IMG/VR virus record: IMGVR_UViG_3300035698_024657 | Span: 1-64,000 of that record | Source: a virus | Length of the DNA: 64,000 bases | Strand: one strand, 5' to 3' | In this document: positions 27,246-39,000 of the stretch, piece after piece | How positions within the stretch are numbered: position 1 is the first letter of the stretch | How the letters are laid out: each line of letters starts with the position of its first letter | The notes under the pieces: generated by a model | Told to the model about the DNA's origin: nothing | The model's database searches: none | The model's input: only the letters and a program-made list of their open reading frames with translations | Translations under genes and position numbers: made by a program

Positions 27246-29522
27246 TTACTTTTTCTTCTTATCGCTCTTGCCAAGAAATAGTCTACCGGGGGCACCTGGG
27301 CCAGCACCGGGAGCAGCATTAAATTCAGTTACGCCAGTCATTGCTGATTGAAAATTCTCATCATCTGGGAATGTAGGTGCAGGGGCAACCATAGGTTGTT
27401 CTACCGCAGGAGCTAATTTAAAATACTCTACCATCTGCGCAGCTTCTTCTGGCGAATACTGCCCAGCAGCAACAGCCGCCTGAATCTCTTCGTATGTAGG
27501 CACGGCGGCGTGCTTCATATTAAGAGGCAACTTCTTCATAGAAAGACGCATACGTCCTCTATCAAATCCACTAGAATCTTCACCCTGGTAAGCAGGAGTA
27601 TTAGTTAACTGTTGCTCATTAGTATCGTAACGTTTTTTCGGCATAGTTGGCCTCTTTGGATCTTGATTTATTGGCTTAATTGGTGGTTGTTCTATTGTAG
27701 CTGCACGTTCTTCAGGAGTCTCTGTAATCGGTGCAGAAAATTCTGCAATTTTTTCGCGGACTCTTGATTTCATATTGTTGCTCATAGTTCTTCCCGGAGT
27801 GAAACCGCCACCTTCGTTATCTGCCTGATCCATATAGGGCATGACTGGGCGTTTTGCTCTTTCACGGGGCGGATTTTTAGCATCAAAGCCATCACGATTT
27901 CCTTGCTGTGGTTCTACATCATATGGACCAGTACGGGGACCATATGTACCACCTGGGGGCGCGCCCTTTTGAAGATCATGAAGAGAATCATCTGGAGTAG
28001 GCTTCCCTACAACGGTGGCCAAAATCGGAGATATTGCATCAACTAATGATTTTTTGGCCCGTGTAACCGTACCAAACCTGCGTCTAAGCGTATTGCATTC
28101 TGCAGAAGTCTTACCGTGCTGAATTACCAGGTCACCTGCACGAAATTTCGAATACGCTTTACGGAACAGAGTGAATGTTAACCACTTCCCAGCATTATCA
28201 AAAGAGAATGTAGAAAACAGATCATTGTCCGCAGTTTTTTGCATTAAGTTAATAGCATTTGCAAGATAGTTTTCATCTGATTGTCCACCTAATGGTCCAA
28301 CCGCAAGCAGATTACCTTGATCACCGTCACCTGGAGTACGCCCAGAAGGACGATTATGAAATTGCCACCTGTCCTCACGCCTTCTTACCGGCGCCTTAGT
28401 AGGAGAATCACCAGATGTCCATTCATATTCCCACTCAGGGCCACCAGGACCAGTAACATCGCCTATCGCGTCTTTACGCATATTCAGATTAGCGGCTTCA
28501 CGGCCTTTATCCTTCTCTCTCTGCGCACGTTCGTTTTCACGGTATTCTCTTTCGACACGTTGTTGGACATTTTCTTTCGGTGGAGCGGCCCAACCTTTAA
28601 TAACATCTTCTGCAGATTTACCAGTACGTTTTGCATCATCAAACGCATTCTGATCGATCCTCTTTTCATTTAACAATCCCATTAACCCAGTGATGCGTTT
28701 CTTTTCTGCACGCTGTTCTGGAGTACTACGTGGTGCACTGGGCGGCTGGTCAATAACAGATTGCCCTTCCATCGATAACATAGTATTAGAAAGCATACTC
28801 ATTACCTTACGGACACGCTGCATATCAAATACTAAATCCAAATACTGCTGCCCGCGATCAGTCATAAACCAATCTTTTGCCTTTTCTAACTCTTGTTTGG
28901 TATTCGCCTTCATTAAATTCAGGGCAAGTTTCTCCGCCTTGGCACGATCATTAGGCGTTCCACTCTCAAATAGCTTTTGTGCCCGTTCTTTAAGTAAGAT
29001 AGGTAAATCGGAAGAAGCAATCATGGATTGAGCAGTTTCAACATCAACATCATTGATACTTGTTGATAATGGTGTTAAAGCCTCAATTACCCCACCGATA
29101 ACTTCAGGCGGCCCAAATTTGGCCAACTGCCGCTCTTCTCTTTGCCCTTGAGGAGTCTCCTTTTTCAGCAAATCCTTCATAATATCACGAAAAGAATCAG
29201 GAACTGCGGGACCATCTTTAGCTGGAGGAGCCTTTTTCTGCTGCTCGCGCTTTTTCGCAAGTTCTTCAGCAGACATGGGATTGTATGCTTCTTCAACCTC
29301 TCCACGTTGTCCGGCAGGCGCACCCGGCAAAGATCTTACTGGGGTAAGCGCATCTTCAGGAGGTAAAGCGGGATGAGGTTTTGGTGCAGGCACCTCTTTT
29401 TTTACCCCTAAATCGTTTTTCGTTTCATCATCTAACGAATCGCTAAGGAGGGTCGCCTTTTTGGTTATAGGATCAATTATCCTTGCGTCCAAATTGTAAC
29501 GTTTCACTATTTTCCTCCTCAA
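27246..29522 (-). CDS. large low-complexity protein, probably virion-internal
   Basis: 758 aa, Pro/Gly rich; LNMRKDA, MQKTA, LNMKHA motifs. Confidence 0.7.
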   Translation of the reverse strand: MRRKIVKRYNLDARIIDPITKKATLLSDSLDDETKNDLGVKKEVPAPKPHPALPPEDALTPVRSLPGAPAGQRGEVEEAYNPMSAEELAKKREQQKKAPPAKDGPAVPDSFRDIMKDLLKKETPQGQREERQLAKFGPPEVIGGVIEALTPLSTSINDVDVETAQSMIASSDLPILLKERAQKLFESGTPNDRAKAEKLALNLMKANTKQELEKAKDWFMTDRGQQYLDLVFDMQRVRKVMSMLSNTMLSMEGQSVIDQPPSAPRSTPEQRAEKKRITGLMGLLNEKRIDQNAFDDAKRTGKSAEDVIKGWAAPPKENVQQRVEREYRENERAQREKDKGREAANLNMRKDAIGDVTGPGGPEWEYEWTSGDSPTKAPVRRREDRWQFHNRPSGRTPGDGDQGNLLAVGPLGGQSDENYLANAINLMQKTADNDLFSTFSFDNAGKWLTFTLFRKAYSKFRAGDLVIQHGKTSAECNTLRRRFGTVTRAKKSLVDAISPILATVVGKPTPDDSLHDLQKGAPPGGTYGPRTGPYDVEPQQGNRDGFDAKNPPRERAKRPVMPYMDQADNEGGGFTPGRTMSNNMKSRVREKIAEFSAPITETPEERAATIEQPPIKPINQDPKRPTMPKKRYDTNEQQLTNTPAYQGEDSSGFDRGRMRLSMKKLPLNMKHAAVPTYEEIQAAVAAGQYSPEEAAQMVEYFKLAPAVEQPMVAPAPTFPDDENFQSAMTGVTEFNAAPGAGPGAPGRLFLGKSDKKKK

Positions 29523-29540
29523 TATTCACCAGAACATGTA

Positions 29541-30179
29541 TTAAGCTACATGTTCAGTATCGTTAGAAACTATAGGCGTTTCCAACAATACCGCTTGTTC
29601 GGTTAATTTAAAAGTGTATGTACCGGTATACTCAAATTTCGGGCAATCTACCTGGACTACTTTACACCCTTTATCGATATATTGTTTTTCTTGTTCGGCT
29701 AAATGGACCATTGCATTTTGTACTGATGGTAAATCTTGAATATCATATATGTCAGATTCAAGAGACCGCGTAATGGTAACATTATCTGCAGTCTTCTCCC
29801 CTTTATTATTATCACGTCGGAATTCACTCAAAGTTTCGAATGCTATAAAATCATCCCCTTGCAATGCATATGCAGCAGACTCTTCTGATGGGATTACGGC
29901 ATCTACAGGAGGTGCCTCACTTTTCATAGGACTATCATCATCAGAAGTAGCAACTATTTTAAGTACGACAGTATTCTCGCCAATAAATTCTACGCCCACT
30001 TGACTACATTCTATAGGTTCGTATTCATTACCGTTCCAATTTACTAACAATTTTGTAACACTCACAGGAACTGCTCCTTTCGGGGATTTACTAAGATTAA
30101 GGACAATTTGAGTAGGATCTTGGCCAAATCTTAACTTTTCCGGGGTCTTTAATAATGTTGCATACATGTCATCAGTCAT
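29541..30179 (-). CDS. hypothetical protein
   Basis: 212 aa; contains EKTA. Confidence 0.7.
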   Translation of the reverse strand: MTDDMYATLLKTPEKLRFGQDPTQIVLNLSKSPKGAVPVSVTKLLVNWNGNEYEPIECSQVGVEFIGENTVVLKIVATSDDDSPMKSEAPPVDAVIPSEESAAYALQGDDFIAFETLSEFRRDNNKGEKTADNVTITRSLESDIYDIQDLPSVQNAMVHLAEQEKQYIDKGCKVVQVDCPKFEYTGTYTFKLTEQAVLLETPIVSNDTEHVA

Positions 30180-30181
30180 AA

Positions 30182-30586
30182 TTAGTATCGAGGTACAAAA
30201 AAGGTTTCAAGTAATTGTACGTCCGAAATATTCGACAAAAAGAAACTCTTAATAGTATCAGCATTAATATCGTGTAACCAAAGGTATCCTGCAGGATGAC
30301 TTCCTGCGCCACCTACTTCATAGGGTTCACCTACGTACTGTTTAAGCTCTCCTCGTCTATTAGTATATTCAATTTGTAAATGTTGACTATTCGCAATCGC
30401 AAACGGAATTAATTCAAGAGGACTAAGAATCTCTTCCTCGGGCAGAATCTGTTCCGATGGCTCAACTATCTCCTCAGAATTAGCTAATGCGGCAAGTCGC
30501 CCCAATTCCTCAGGTGTAAGTTCAAGGTTTTCACCATTATCGAAATCTTCTTCAAAGAAAGGGGAATCATATTCATCTTCAGACAT
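30182..30586 (-). CDS. WYL-domain protein with acidic N-terminus
   Basis: AIAN...LQIEYTNRRGE...EPY...YLW.HD.....IKSFFLSNI. Confidence 0.75.
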   Translation of the reverse strand: MSEDEYDSPFFEEDFDNGENLELTPEELGRLAALANSEEIVEPSEQILPEEEILSPLELIPFAIANSQHLQIEYTNRRGELKQYVGEPYEVGGAGSHPAGYLWLHDINADTIKSFFLSNISDVQLLETFFVPRY

Positions 30587-30668
30587 CTATTTTCCCCTTC
30601 TACATCGCCGTTTGCATTTACTGCATTTTTTCTTATTATCTTCAGACATCTTTATCTATAATACCTTC

Positions 30669-31115
30669 TTAAAATCGGAGAGACGCCGCAAAACTATTAC
30701 TCTTTATCTCTGCAAACAATGCTTTATCCCATACACCCATACATTTTGCTAAACGTTTCGTCGCAGTCCATGTACGTTGCTCGTCATTTCGCCGATATAC
30801 TGAATTATTCGTGTATTCTTTCATATTCTTAATACGCTGCTTTTGGGTCATTCCCCGGTCCTCAAAATAATGACAATATTCGTGCATGAGTACACACATA
30901 AGGGAAAGTTGTGTCGCTGCTGTAAATGTACAATCATACGGTATATCTATCTCAATATAGGTCTTTTTCTTTAAGATGACAGTAGAGCCTGTAATCTCAG
31001 TATCGTGCTGACCAAACCTCACAAATATTTTTGGACGTATCTCGCATAGATTATTTAATGTTTTTTGCAGTTTTTCAACATATTGTACGATTGGCCAATA
31101 TGAACGAGATACCAC
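30669..31115 (-). CDS. zincin-like metallopeptidase
   Basis: LMHEYCH (HExxH) with downstream E..TW. Confidence 0.6.
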   Translation of the reverse strand: MVSRSYWPIVQYVEKLQKTLNNLCEIRPKIFVRFGQHDTEITGSTVILKKKTYIEIDIPYDCTFTAATQLSLMCVLMHEYCHYFEDRGMTQKQRIKNMKEYTNNSVYRRNDEQRTWTATKRLAKCMGVWDKALFAEIKSNSFAASLRF

Positions 31116-31117
31116 AA

Positions 31118-34100
31118 TTACCTTCTCCCTATACGATGACCTACTTTCCTCATTGCGGCCGCCGCTGGGCCACTTTGTCCCTCATTTCGAAATAAGCCCG
31201 GGGTACGTAAACCTGAACGGTGTTTTCCTACTGATTGATGCTTAACCGGCCTGCCAGTCTGCTTGAATAAGTCTTTATATACGGATTTATCACCAGATTG
31301 ATACAATCCATGACGATATACTAAATTTGCAAGAATATCTGCCCAGTCATCCGTTTGTATTGGACCACTATCAGCGTGACCATATCTAACAATATCACCC
31401 GTAGTCGTCTTCGTTAAGTATTTTAATTCGAGTTGCAATTGCTCTACCCAACCTGAAACATATACAGGTGCCTTCGCAAAAGTATCTAGAGGAGGTTGAC
31501 TGAAACAATGCACTTGGCCTAAATTCAATTTCTCCAAGAAATTAGTGTACATTATATTTTTGTACTTGTTAGTGAAGAAGGTTTCAAGTGCGGCATATCC
31601 CGCATTTCGCAAATCAAGGATACTTTGCATAGAATTCCATTGATCGAATACAATTTCCAATAACGTTCCTTGATAACTCAAATGCGCTGCCAGCGCTTTG
31701 ATAAATTGAGTTACTTTTCCGACATCAACAGGAACTTGAACAACTTTGCCGGTAACTTGATTGTGCACTGCTTTAGGTCTAAATCCTTGAAGACCGTCAA
31801 CAATAACATTACCGCCTTCACAATGTCCCCAACCAATAGCATACGTATCACTTTTAGATGCGGGATCAACAGAAATAATATATTGACTTGCCCATTTACC
31901 TAAATAAGTCATCCGTAAATGAGGTTTGATCATTTCGTCAATCCGTTCAGAATTAATGAACGAAGTACTTGGTTCACCGAAACGTGCACCATATTCCATA
32001 TTGGCGCCAACTGGATCTTTCTTGAAATCAGAATCAAATACTTTTCTCGGGTACTTTGGATTACATTCCCATGTGGATAATTGCATCAACAAATAGTTTT
32101 CATTTGTCTCAACCATTCCACCAGTTTGCTCACTACCTCCAGCAAGGCAATAGTTCCTATAAAATTCTCCGCCCTTTTCCCTGGGTGAACTGATCATAAT
32201 GACCTTACCATCAAAGATCTCTTTATCAGCCATGATAAAGTCTTTGGTGGAAGGTGACAACGCTTTGAGCATGGCGTAATCTGTTTGGGGCATTTCTGCT
32301 AAAATGTCTTCTTCAGTGGCCCCACCGCCTACTGTTTTAGTACGCTCAAAGTGGGCAAACTCATCAAGGATTAAACATATAATAGCTTTACCACGTTTCG
32401 ATGCGGCAGACGTAGTAAATGCAGCTACCATGATAGAACCTTCTAATAGGTTCTTCTTCGTTACGCCTTTTGCGCGGGCCTCATTATATTTACGAATCCT
32501 ATCATTTTCATATAAATCAGCGGGAGTGAATAAACGAAGCTCTTCAGAGTTATCCTTACTCCAATCTACGTATTTTTCAAAGAAAGGTATACGGCGAATG
32601 TTATCCTTACACAGTCTGAAAGGATCCTGCGCCTGTGAACCATCCTTCGCACAGTTATGTACAAAAATACCGTCAGCAAAAAAATTATGCGTTTCCATAA
32701 CTTCAATATCATAAGTTTTTTGAATACCTAATGCAGAAATTTCTCGAATACGCGTCCACTTAAGACCATCGCAAATTAAATGATTTTTAAATTCTTTATT
32801 AGTCCCATTTTTTGATATTGTAAACCGCCAAATTGGGCCTTCTCCGTAATTCGTACGCATATAAAATGTTGTTACGTTCGAAACATTCCAGCCAACGGAA
32901 ATGCATAAATCTCTTAAAGACCTAATTAATTCTTCATTTGATAAAGAAATTGTAGTAATTCCATTCGTTCCTTGATGGCCATCACTATGAATTACTCCCT
33001 TTAAAAGTGCAATTTTTAACGTATCCTGTAACCCGAAAACCCATGAAGGTAATTTTTTAGTTTTGGCTCCCCTATCAAAGCCCCATTGTAAAATATTATT
33101 ACACGCAACTGTAGAATGTACACGGTAAAAATAATTATGCGTGCCAACACCTATAAAATTGGGGTCCTGAAATTTTACTGGCGAAAACCACGCGATTTTT
33201 GCCTGATCTATATATTTCTGCTTTTCAATATCCGTATCGGGAAGGGCAATAGTTAACACGCCACTTGTAGGATTTTCAGCCCTACCACAGAAACAGATAC
33301 TCCCATCGCCTAAATACAACCCTAATTGTTCCATAATTTCTAAAGTTGCTTGCGCGCCATTAGGAAGAGAGCTCCCAGATTGTTCGGGAACATCAGTTAA
33401 AATTCCAATATAATCACCTACACGTAGCGCAGATGCGTCAACCCATTCAGGTTTACGGGGATTCGCAGGATTGACTCCTTTAGAAAGTCTATAAAATCTA
33501 TGTTTCCAACTGGACTCAATTGTACGATTGCCTGTTTTAATTTCAAGGATTTCCTTTTCCCCTGATTCCCAAATATGCTTAATTGTAGAAGTTTGAAGAC
33601 CTTTCTCTCCTTTAGAAAGAATAGAGTCGCCTGATTCTAATTCACATATTCTTTTAGTGTCTCCCGCAGGTAAAGTTACTCGAGAATTTGCTGATAAACA
33701 GTTAACAATCCAAATTGGGTGTCGTCTACGAATATTGTAATACGCTTGAGGATCACCCTTGCAGATAAGCTTATATGCTTCGTATGTTTGAATAAACGAG
33801 ATCAGACTACTCTTACCAGAACGTCGTCCCAATACAAGTATAAGAATTTCTACGAACTTTAGAGGATCACGTTTTGCGAGCTCCCAATCAATCTGCCATA
33901 CATTTTTCATAATGTCGAGGACAGTTTGTTCTTCCTCTGAGAGGGGATATTTCTCCCATAGGCCATAAATTACTTTGATGAGCAAAGATTGGAAAGGAAA
34001 TAGCCGTTCACCTAAATACTTAGAGGAGGTACAAAAGATATACGCGTCGACTTCATTGATCGCCGCAGTTGCGGCCACGCGCGATTTATATTGAGTATCA

Positions 34101-34147
34101 ACGGTCGATTTAAAAGTAAATGGTTTTTGGGATTGAGATTTCGGCAT
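31118..34147 (-). CDS. terminase large subunit with intein
   Basis: GRRSGKS Walker A; LILDE Walker B; ISSP; SVDPA nuclease Asp; DQWNS; TDDWAD. Confidence 0.9.
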   Translation of the reverse strand: MPKSQSQKPFTFKSTVDTQYKSRVAATAAINEVDAYIFCTSSKYLGERLFPFQSLLIKVIYGLWEKYPLSEEEQTVLDIMKNVWQIDWELAKRDPLKFVEILILVLGRRSGKSSLISFIQTYEAYKLICKGDPQAYYNIRRRHPIWIVNCLSANSRVTLPAGDTKRICELESGDSILSKGEKGLQTSTIKHIWESGEKEILEIKTGNRTIESSWKHRFYRLSKGVNPANPRKPEWVDASALRVGDYIGILTDVPEQSGSSLPNGAQATLEIMEQLGLYLGDGSICFCGRAENPTSGVLTIALPDTDIEKQKYIDQAKIAWFSPVKFQDPNFIGVGTHNYFYRVHSTVACNNILQWGFDRGAKTKKLPSWVFGLQDTLKIALLKGVIHSDGHQGTNGITTISLSNEELIRSLRDLCISVGWNVSNVTTFYMRTNYGEGPIWRFTISKNGTNKEFKNHLICDGLKWTRIREISALGIQKTYDIEVMETHNFFADGIFVHNCAKDGSQAQDPFRLCKDNIRRIPFFEKYVDWSKDNSEELRLFTPADLYENDRIRKYNEARAKGVTKKNLLEGSIMVAAFTTSAASKRGKAIICLILDEFAHFERTKTVGGGATEEDILAEMPQTDYAMLKALSPSTKDFIMADKEIFDGKVIMISSPREKGGEFYRNYCLAGGSEQTGGMVETNENYLLMQLSTWECNPKYPRKVFDSDFKKDPVGANMEYGARFGEPSTSFINSERIDEMIKPHLRMTYLGKWASQYIISVDPASKSDTYAIGWGHCEGGNVIVDGLQGFRPKAVHNQVTGKVVQVPVDVGKVTQFIKALAAHLSYQGTLLEIVFDQWNSMQSILDLRNAGYAALETFFTNKYKNIMYTNFLEKLNLGQVHCFSQPPLDTFAKAPVYVSGWVEQLQLELKYLTKTTTGDIVRYGHADSGPIQTDDWADILANLVYRHGLYQSGDKSVYKDLFKQTGRPVKHQSVGKHRSGLRTPGLFRNEGQSGPAAAAMRKVGHRIGRR
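32654..33700 (-). mobile_element. intein with LAGLIDADG endonuclease in terminase (349 aa)
   Basis: N|CLSANSRV start; HRF block B; LGLYLGDG and LKGVIHSDG; TYDIEV..THNFFADGIFVHN|C. Confidence 0.92.
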
Positions 34148-34217
34148 TACTTATCCTTTATCCAAAAATCATCTATTTCCGGGCATTTATTAAATTTGGC
34201 GCTATTTTCCCCGGGCA

Positions 34218-35243
34218 TTATATTTCACCCTCGAAGAAAATCGCGTTCTTGATAGCATTATATAAAGACTGACGTAATTCAGCACTTTCCTGTAATACAG
34301 GATTGTTTGATTGGTTTATATACATAGAAAAACCTTCATCCAAGAATTGATTGACTAACGTCGATGCCTCACTAAAACGAATTTTATCTGCATCTTCTTG
34401 TATGACATTCGCACCATCCGGACCAGTAACTCCCTGTTCAGATAATCCGCTCCATATATAGTTAATGACGAATGACTCCGCCTCTTTATACATTAGAGAT
34501 TGATCTGCTTCGGATCCTTTATAGGTTTCATCAGGAAATTCTATGCCCCCAATTTCATAGGAGGTCTTTTTCATATTTAAAGACGTAGATTTAAAAGTTA
34601 AACTGTGTGGGCCTTCAGTGAGCTCATCTGGATAAATTTCATCGACTGCTCGATGGGTTTCATCTACGCCTAACATCCACGGTTCATAATTGGAATGATT
34701 CTGAACGAAACTATTTACCGCCCAATCTACTGCCTGATGCATTAATTGTGCAGTAGCACCCGTTTGTACAAGTTCTATTTGATTAGTATCTACTGCCCAT
34801 GAAAGGACTTTAAACATTAATCCATCAAAAACATCTTCATCGCCATGTTCATTATATTGCTCTTGTCCTAGAGCTAAATTTGCTTCAAGTGTAGAATATA
34901 GAAATCTACCAAAGTCTTCTACACTTGAAGCGGTTTTCTTCATATTCAACTTACTTGCCATTGACGGAAAAGTTAAATCTATTTCTTCTACGGGCGCCTC
35001 GCCTTCGGTCGTAGTAAGTAAGCCATTCATATGCGCCTCATGGATCAATTCAAGCGCTTGCTCAGGCCCACCATCCATATTCTCTACTAATGACGCCAAG
35101 TCATAAGAAGGCTGTCCTTCAAACATACGAAGTAAAGTATCCATCGATGTATGTAAAGAATCAGTCATTCGCTGTTGTCCTCTCGGCGTCAAAAACGTTG
35201 TCGCTTTTTTACGAAGGTTTAACGACATTTGAAATATCCTCAT
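34218..35243 (-). CDS. modular acidic protein with three LN(L/M)(R/K)K(K/T)(A/S) motifs
   Basis: SLNLRKKA, KLNMKKTA, SLNMKKTS separate ~95-120 aa acidic segments. Confidence 0.75.
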   Translation of the reverse strand: MRIFQMSLNLRKKATTFLTPRGQQRMTDSLHTSMDTLLRMFEGQPSYDLASLVENMDGGPEQALELIHEAHMNGLLTTTEGEAPVEEIDLTFPSMASKLNMKKTASSVEDFGRFLYSTLEANLALGQEQYNEHGDEDVFDGLMFKVLSWAVDTNQIELVQTGATAQLMHQAVDWAVNSFVQNHSNYEPWMLGVDETHRAVDEIYPDELTEGPHSLTFKSTSLNMKKTSYEIGGIEFPDETYKGSEADQSLMYKEAESFVINYIWSGLSEQGVTGPDGANVIQEDADKIRFSEASTLVNQFLDEGFSMYINQSNNPVLQESAELRQSLYNAIKNAIFFEGEI

Positions 35244-36009
35244 ACTGCGCGTCTACAGCTTTATTGGGATCAAGTATCGGAGCAATTTCACCATCAAGTA
35301 AATCGCCTAACTGTTCTTTTACCCTTTCTCGAGTAATTGAATCGGGTATCTCTTTAACCAGTACATCCATAAATTTTGCGGTAAACGCGAGGAATGAGCG
35401 CTGAACCGTCGCGATATATTGGATACTCACCTGTTTTACATATAAGTCTGCATCAACTTGGATATGCTTCAATAAGTCCTGTTGAAAGCCCCTATATGCG
35501 ATTTCTAAATCACTTATGAGCTTTCTACGGATGGCTAAATCAGCATCATCTAAAATGCCACCATTTATCTTCTCTTCTTTATTAAAGCGTTCGATTTCCG
35601 ACTGTAGGTAAAAAAGATTTTGAAGTCGCTGCTTATACAACTTATCAGCAGCAGTCATCTTATCAAAGTCTTTATCATATTCTTGGCGATACAACGCTTT
35701 GGTCACGTCACTATATTCTTCATCTGATACTAACGCTAATGCGGTTTCCCTACCTGCCTTAACTGCTGCAATAGGAGAAACGTGTTGCTTATGTGAATGA
35801 ATGTTCGTAGGAGTCAACGGTGACTCAAAGAGATGTCCCCAATTCGCAATAATTTGCGAACTGGGCGTAGATGTAAGTATCGCCTGCGTTATTTCGTCAC
35901 GTGCTGTAGATTTACAAATCTTACACGTAGCGGACACAACCATTGTACCGCCCTCAATAAGGGAAGCATTAGTTGGGCGACCTACTTTTCTACCGGTATC
36001 AGATGACAT
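35209..36009 (-). CDS. putative terminase small subunit / packaging protein
   Basis: CKICKS...I..H..H N-terminal HTH-like region plus helical body, near the terminase. Confidence 0.45.
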   Translation of the reverse strand: MSSDTGRKVGRPTNASLIEGGTMVVSATCKICKSTARDEITQAILTSTPSSQIIANWGHLFESPLTPTNIHSHKQHVSPIAAVKAGRETALALVSDEEYSDVTKALYRQEYDKDFDKMTAADKLYKQRLQNLFYLQSEIERFNKEEKINGGILDDADLAIRRKLISDLEIAYRGFQQDLLKHIQVDADLYVKQVSIQYIATVQRSFLAFTAKFMDVLVKEIPDSITRERVKEQLGDLLDGEIAPILDPNKAVDAQYEDISNVVKPS

Positions 36010-36032
36010 TCATTTTCTCCTTATCTTCTCAT

Positions 36033-39000
36033 CTATGCCGCTAACGCAACATTCAATTCTTGTACATCACCAAGTAAGCCTGCTACCGTATTGTACGTAT
36101 TTTGGTATAACGTAGCTAAATATGTATCCGTTTCTGTTGCCGCATTTTTGTTCGGCCACTGCTTATATTGACCAACAGTCAATTCTGTCATTTTATCAAG
36201 ATTTGCTTGCGCCTCTGCAAGAGCTTGCTCAGCCTTTACGCCAAATTTCTCAAGAAGGACCTTAACTTGAGTAGAAGGAGTTAACCTTTTATTCACTACA
36301 GCTTCGGCATAATACCCAATCTGATCTCCAGTTTGAATAAGTTCCTGATCCAATGCGCTCATCAACTCTACAAGCGCTTTCGTCGCACGTAATTGATTAT
36401 TACTTTCATCACCAATTTGTGCCTGAATAGGAGCAATTTGCTGCTGAAGTTCAATTTGCAGTCGATTAACTTCCAACTTTAATTGATCTACTCTGGTCTT
36501 ACTTGTAGCAAGACTTTGCATCAATTCCGCTTGTTCGGGTGACGCCTCAGGAGGTGCTGAATCATCTACACCAGGCGATTTCTGTTTCAACATTTTCGGA
36601 GGATCAATACGCATAGCAGGTTCAATAGATTCACCCGCTGCAGGAGGGACCTCTTCCGGCTCACCCCCATCAGATTTACCAAATGGCCACACTGCAGTTT
36701 TCGTCAGTTTTTCACCAGAGGCTTGTCGATCTTTTGCTGCGCGATATTCCGCCAGTTCTTGGCGTTTCACTTGATAACATTGACCGCACATACCATGAGA
36801 TTGAACCGTCGCATATTCTTCATCCGAAATCTTTCGAATAGGCAATCCTGTAGCATCATCGTAGGTACTCCTACAATATGAACATACATGATCCAGGCCT
36901 TCAGGATTGCCTTCAAAATCCATCCCCATAGCTTTACGATCTTGTCGTGCAGTAACCTTTAACGCTGCGAATAACGAATCGGTATCAGTTACTTCACCTT
37001 GTTCCGCTTTCGCCTCTTCTTCCATCTTATCCAAACGTGTATAATAATCAGGAATTTCCTTCAGATGGTCTTTAGCAATCTCTTCAGCTAATGCCATGTC
37101 AACAGTATGTTCCTTTTCAATTTCAACACCCATGGCAAGTTCTTCAGGATCGAAATCTGAAGATGGGTCACCATCAGCTAATCCGCCCGGCAATTTATCA
37201 TCGGTAGCTTCCTCTTTTTTTGCAAAGGGAAGTGAACCTTCCCCTCTAGCTTTTCCCTCGGCGCCCCTTTCACCTTCTATAGGCGGGGTAATCACTTCTT
37301 TTTGAACGGGCATTTGTTTGAACAGATCCCCCAGTTTCTCTTCAGCACGTTTCCTCAATACTTCTGGATCAATAGCAGCGTGTGCAGTAGGGAAGATCGC
37401 ATCGCGGTCAACTTTGAACGTATCAACTAACGATTGCAATTCTTCAAGAGCATATCCACCATCTTTCAATTTCTGGAGATCTACCTTTGTTGGTGGAATA
37501 TTTCCAGCTCTTATATAATCCTGTACTATGCCCTTTAAACGACTATAATTGATAGGATTCTGTCCGACAGTATCGCCACCAAGATCAACTCCAGTTGCTT
37601 CCGCTTCCTTTTGAATAGTTGCTTCAGTGGTTTTACCTTTAAACATGGTTGAGTATTCACGCTCATTCATAGGAAGGATACCACCATCGGTATCTTCATA
37701 CTTCCCACCGAACTCTGTTTCAAACTCGTCAGTAGTTGCAATTGAATAATCGGGATCCGGATCAGTAATTGGTGTTAAGGTATCTTTATCGCGCAGTGCA
37801 AGCTTAATTTTGCTTGATGCAAGCGCATTAGCAGCAGTCTTATGCGCATTTTGCGAAGCTACCATAAGCCCTTCGCCTTTATCCAGAGAAGTGTTATACG
37901 AATCTATATAGGTGTCAACCCACTGATCCATTTGAGAAGATGTCATACCGTCAAAAGCAAACTCTGCTTTAACTATTTCCGCAGTAGTATGGAGGTGCCT
38001 GACGTTATCCATTTCCGCTTGCTTAATTAACTCAGCTGCCTTATTTGCAAGAATATCAGGAGCAGGAGCAGGAGCAATGTCACCTACAAGTGCTTGCCCC
38101 ATTTGATCAAACTCTGCTTGGGTAATTAAAGCCTGTCCTTGGGTCGCATCACGTACCGTCGCATATGCTTCTGGGAAAGCTAACCCGTCCTCAACTGCAC
38201 GATAAAGCGCTTCAACTCCTACCTGGTTCCATGAATTGTCAATAGGCGCGCTTTCCTGCATCCCGTCAAACTGGGGAAATTCTGCTTTCTTTTTCATATT
38301 CAATTTACGAGCAAAACCTTGCCCGTTACTTTGAGAATACTGCAACCATTTTTGATGTAATCTCGGAGCAATTTCCCCTGATAGATTAGTTATCTCAGGA
38401 GTTATTTTAGCAAGATTATCTCCCTGGTCAATATTCATTACAGTATTCGGTGGAAATAATTCTCTAGGCAATTCATATACAAATTCTTGAATTATTGCCA
38501 TTGGATCCTCAGTACCACTTTGCAACCATTGCAAAGTGGTAGAATCAGATATTAACATACTCCAGTATTCTTCAGTTATTTGATCTAAAATATCTGCTTT
38601 CTTTTTCATATTCAATTTACGAGAAAGTCCCAGGCCATTCATAAATGCTCCACCACCCATATTTTGGCTGGCTGGTGCAGGAGGTGCGCCAATTGGAGTA
38701 GCCCCTGCAGGAGTTCCCTGATACTTCGTAAGTACGTCTTTCATCGCCTGCACATCTTCAGGAGCGGTCACTCCCATACCTTGGATTGTCGCATCCATTG
38801 CAGCGGGATCTAGATTTTCTGCAGTTTTGGTAATCCCACTTTTACTCGCAGAAATTTCTCTGAAACGTGTAATATCCGGATCTCTATAAGTCAATGATGG
38901 TATAACTGCATCAGACATCACCGCATCGTACAATTTACCTGATGTAAGATCCGTAATTGCCTCTTTTGTTAAAGGATATTCTGTACCTGAAAGCGTCTTA

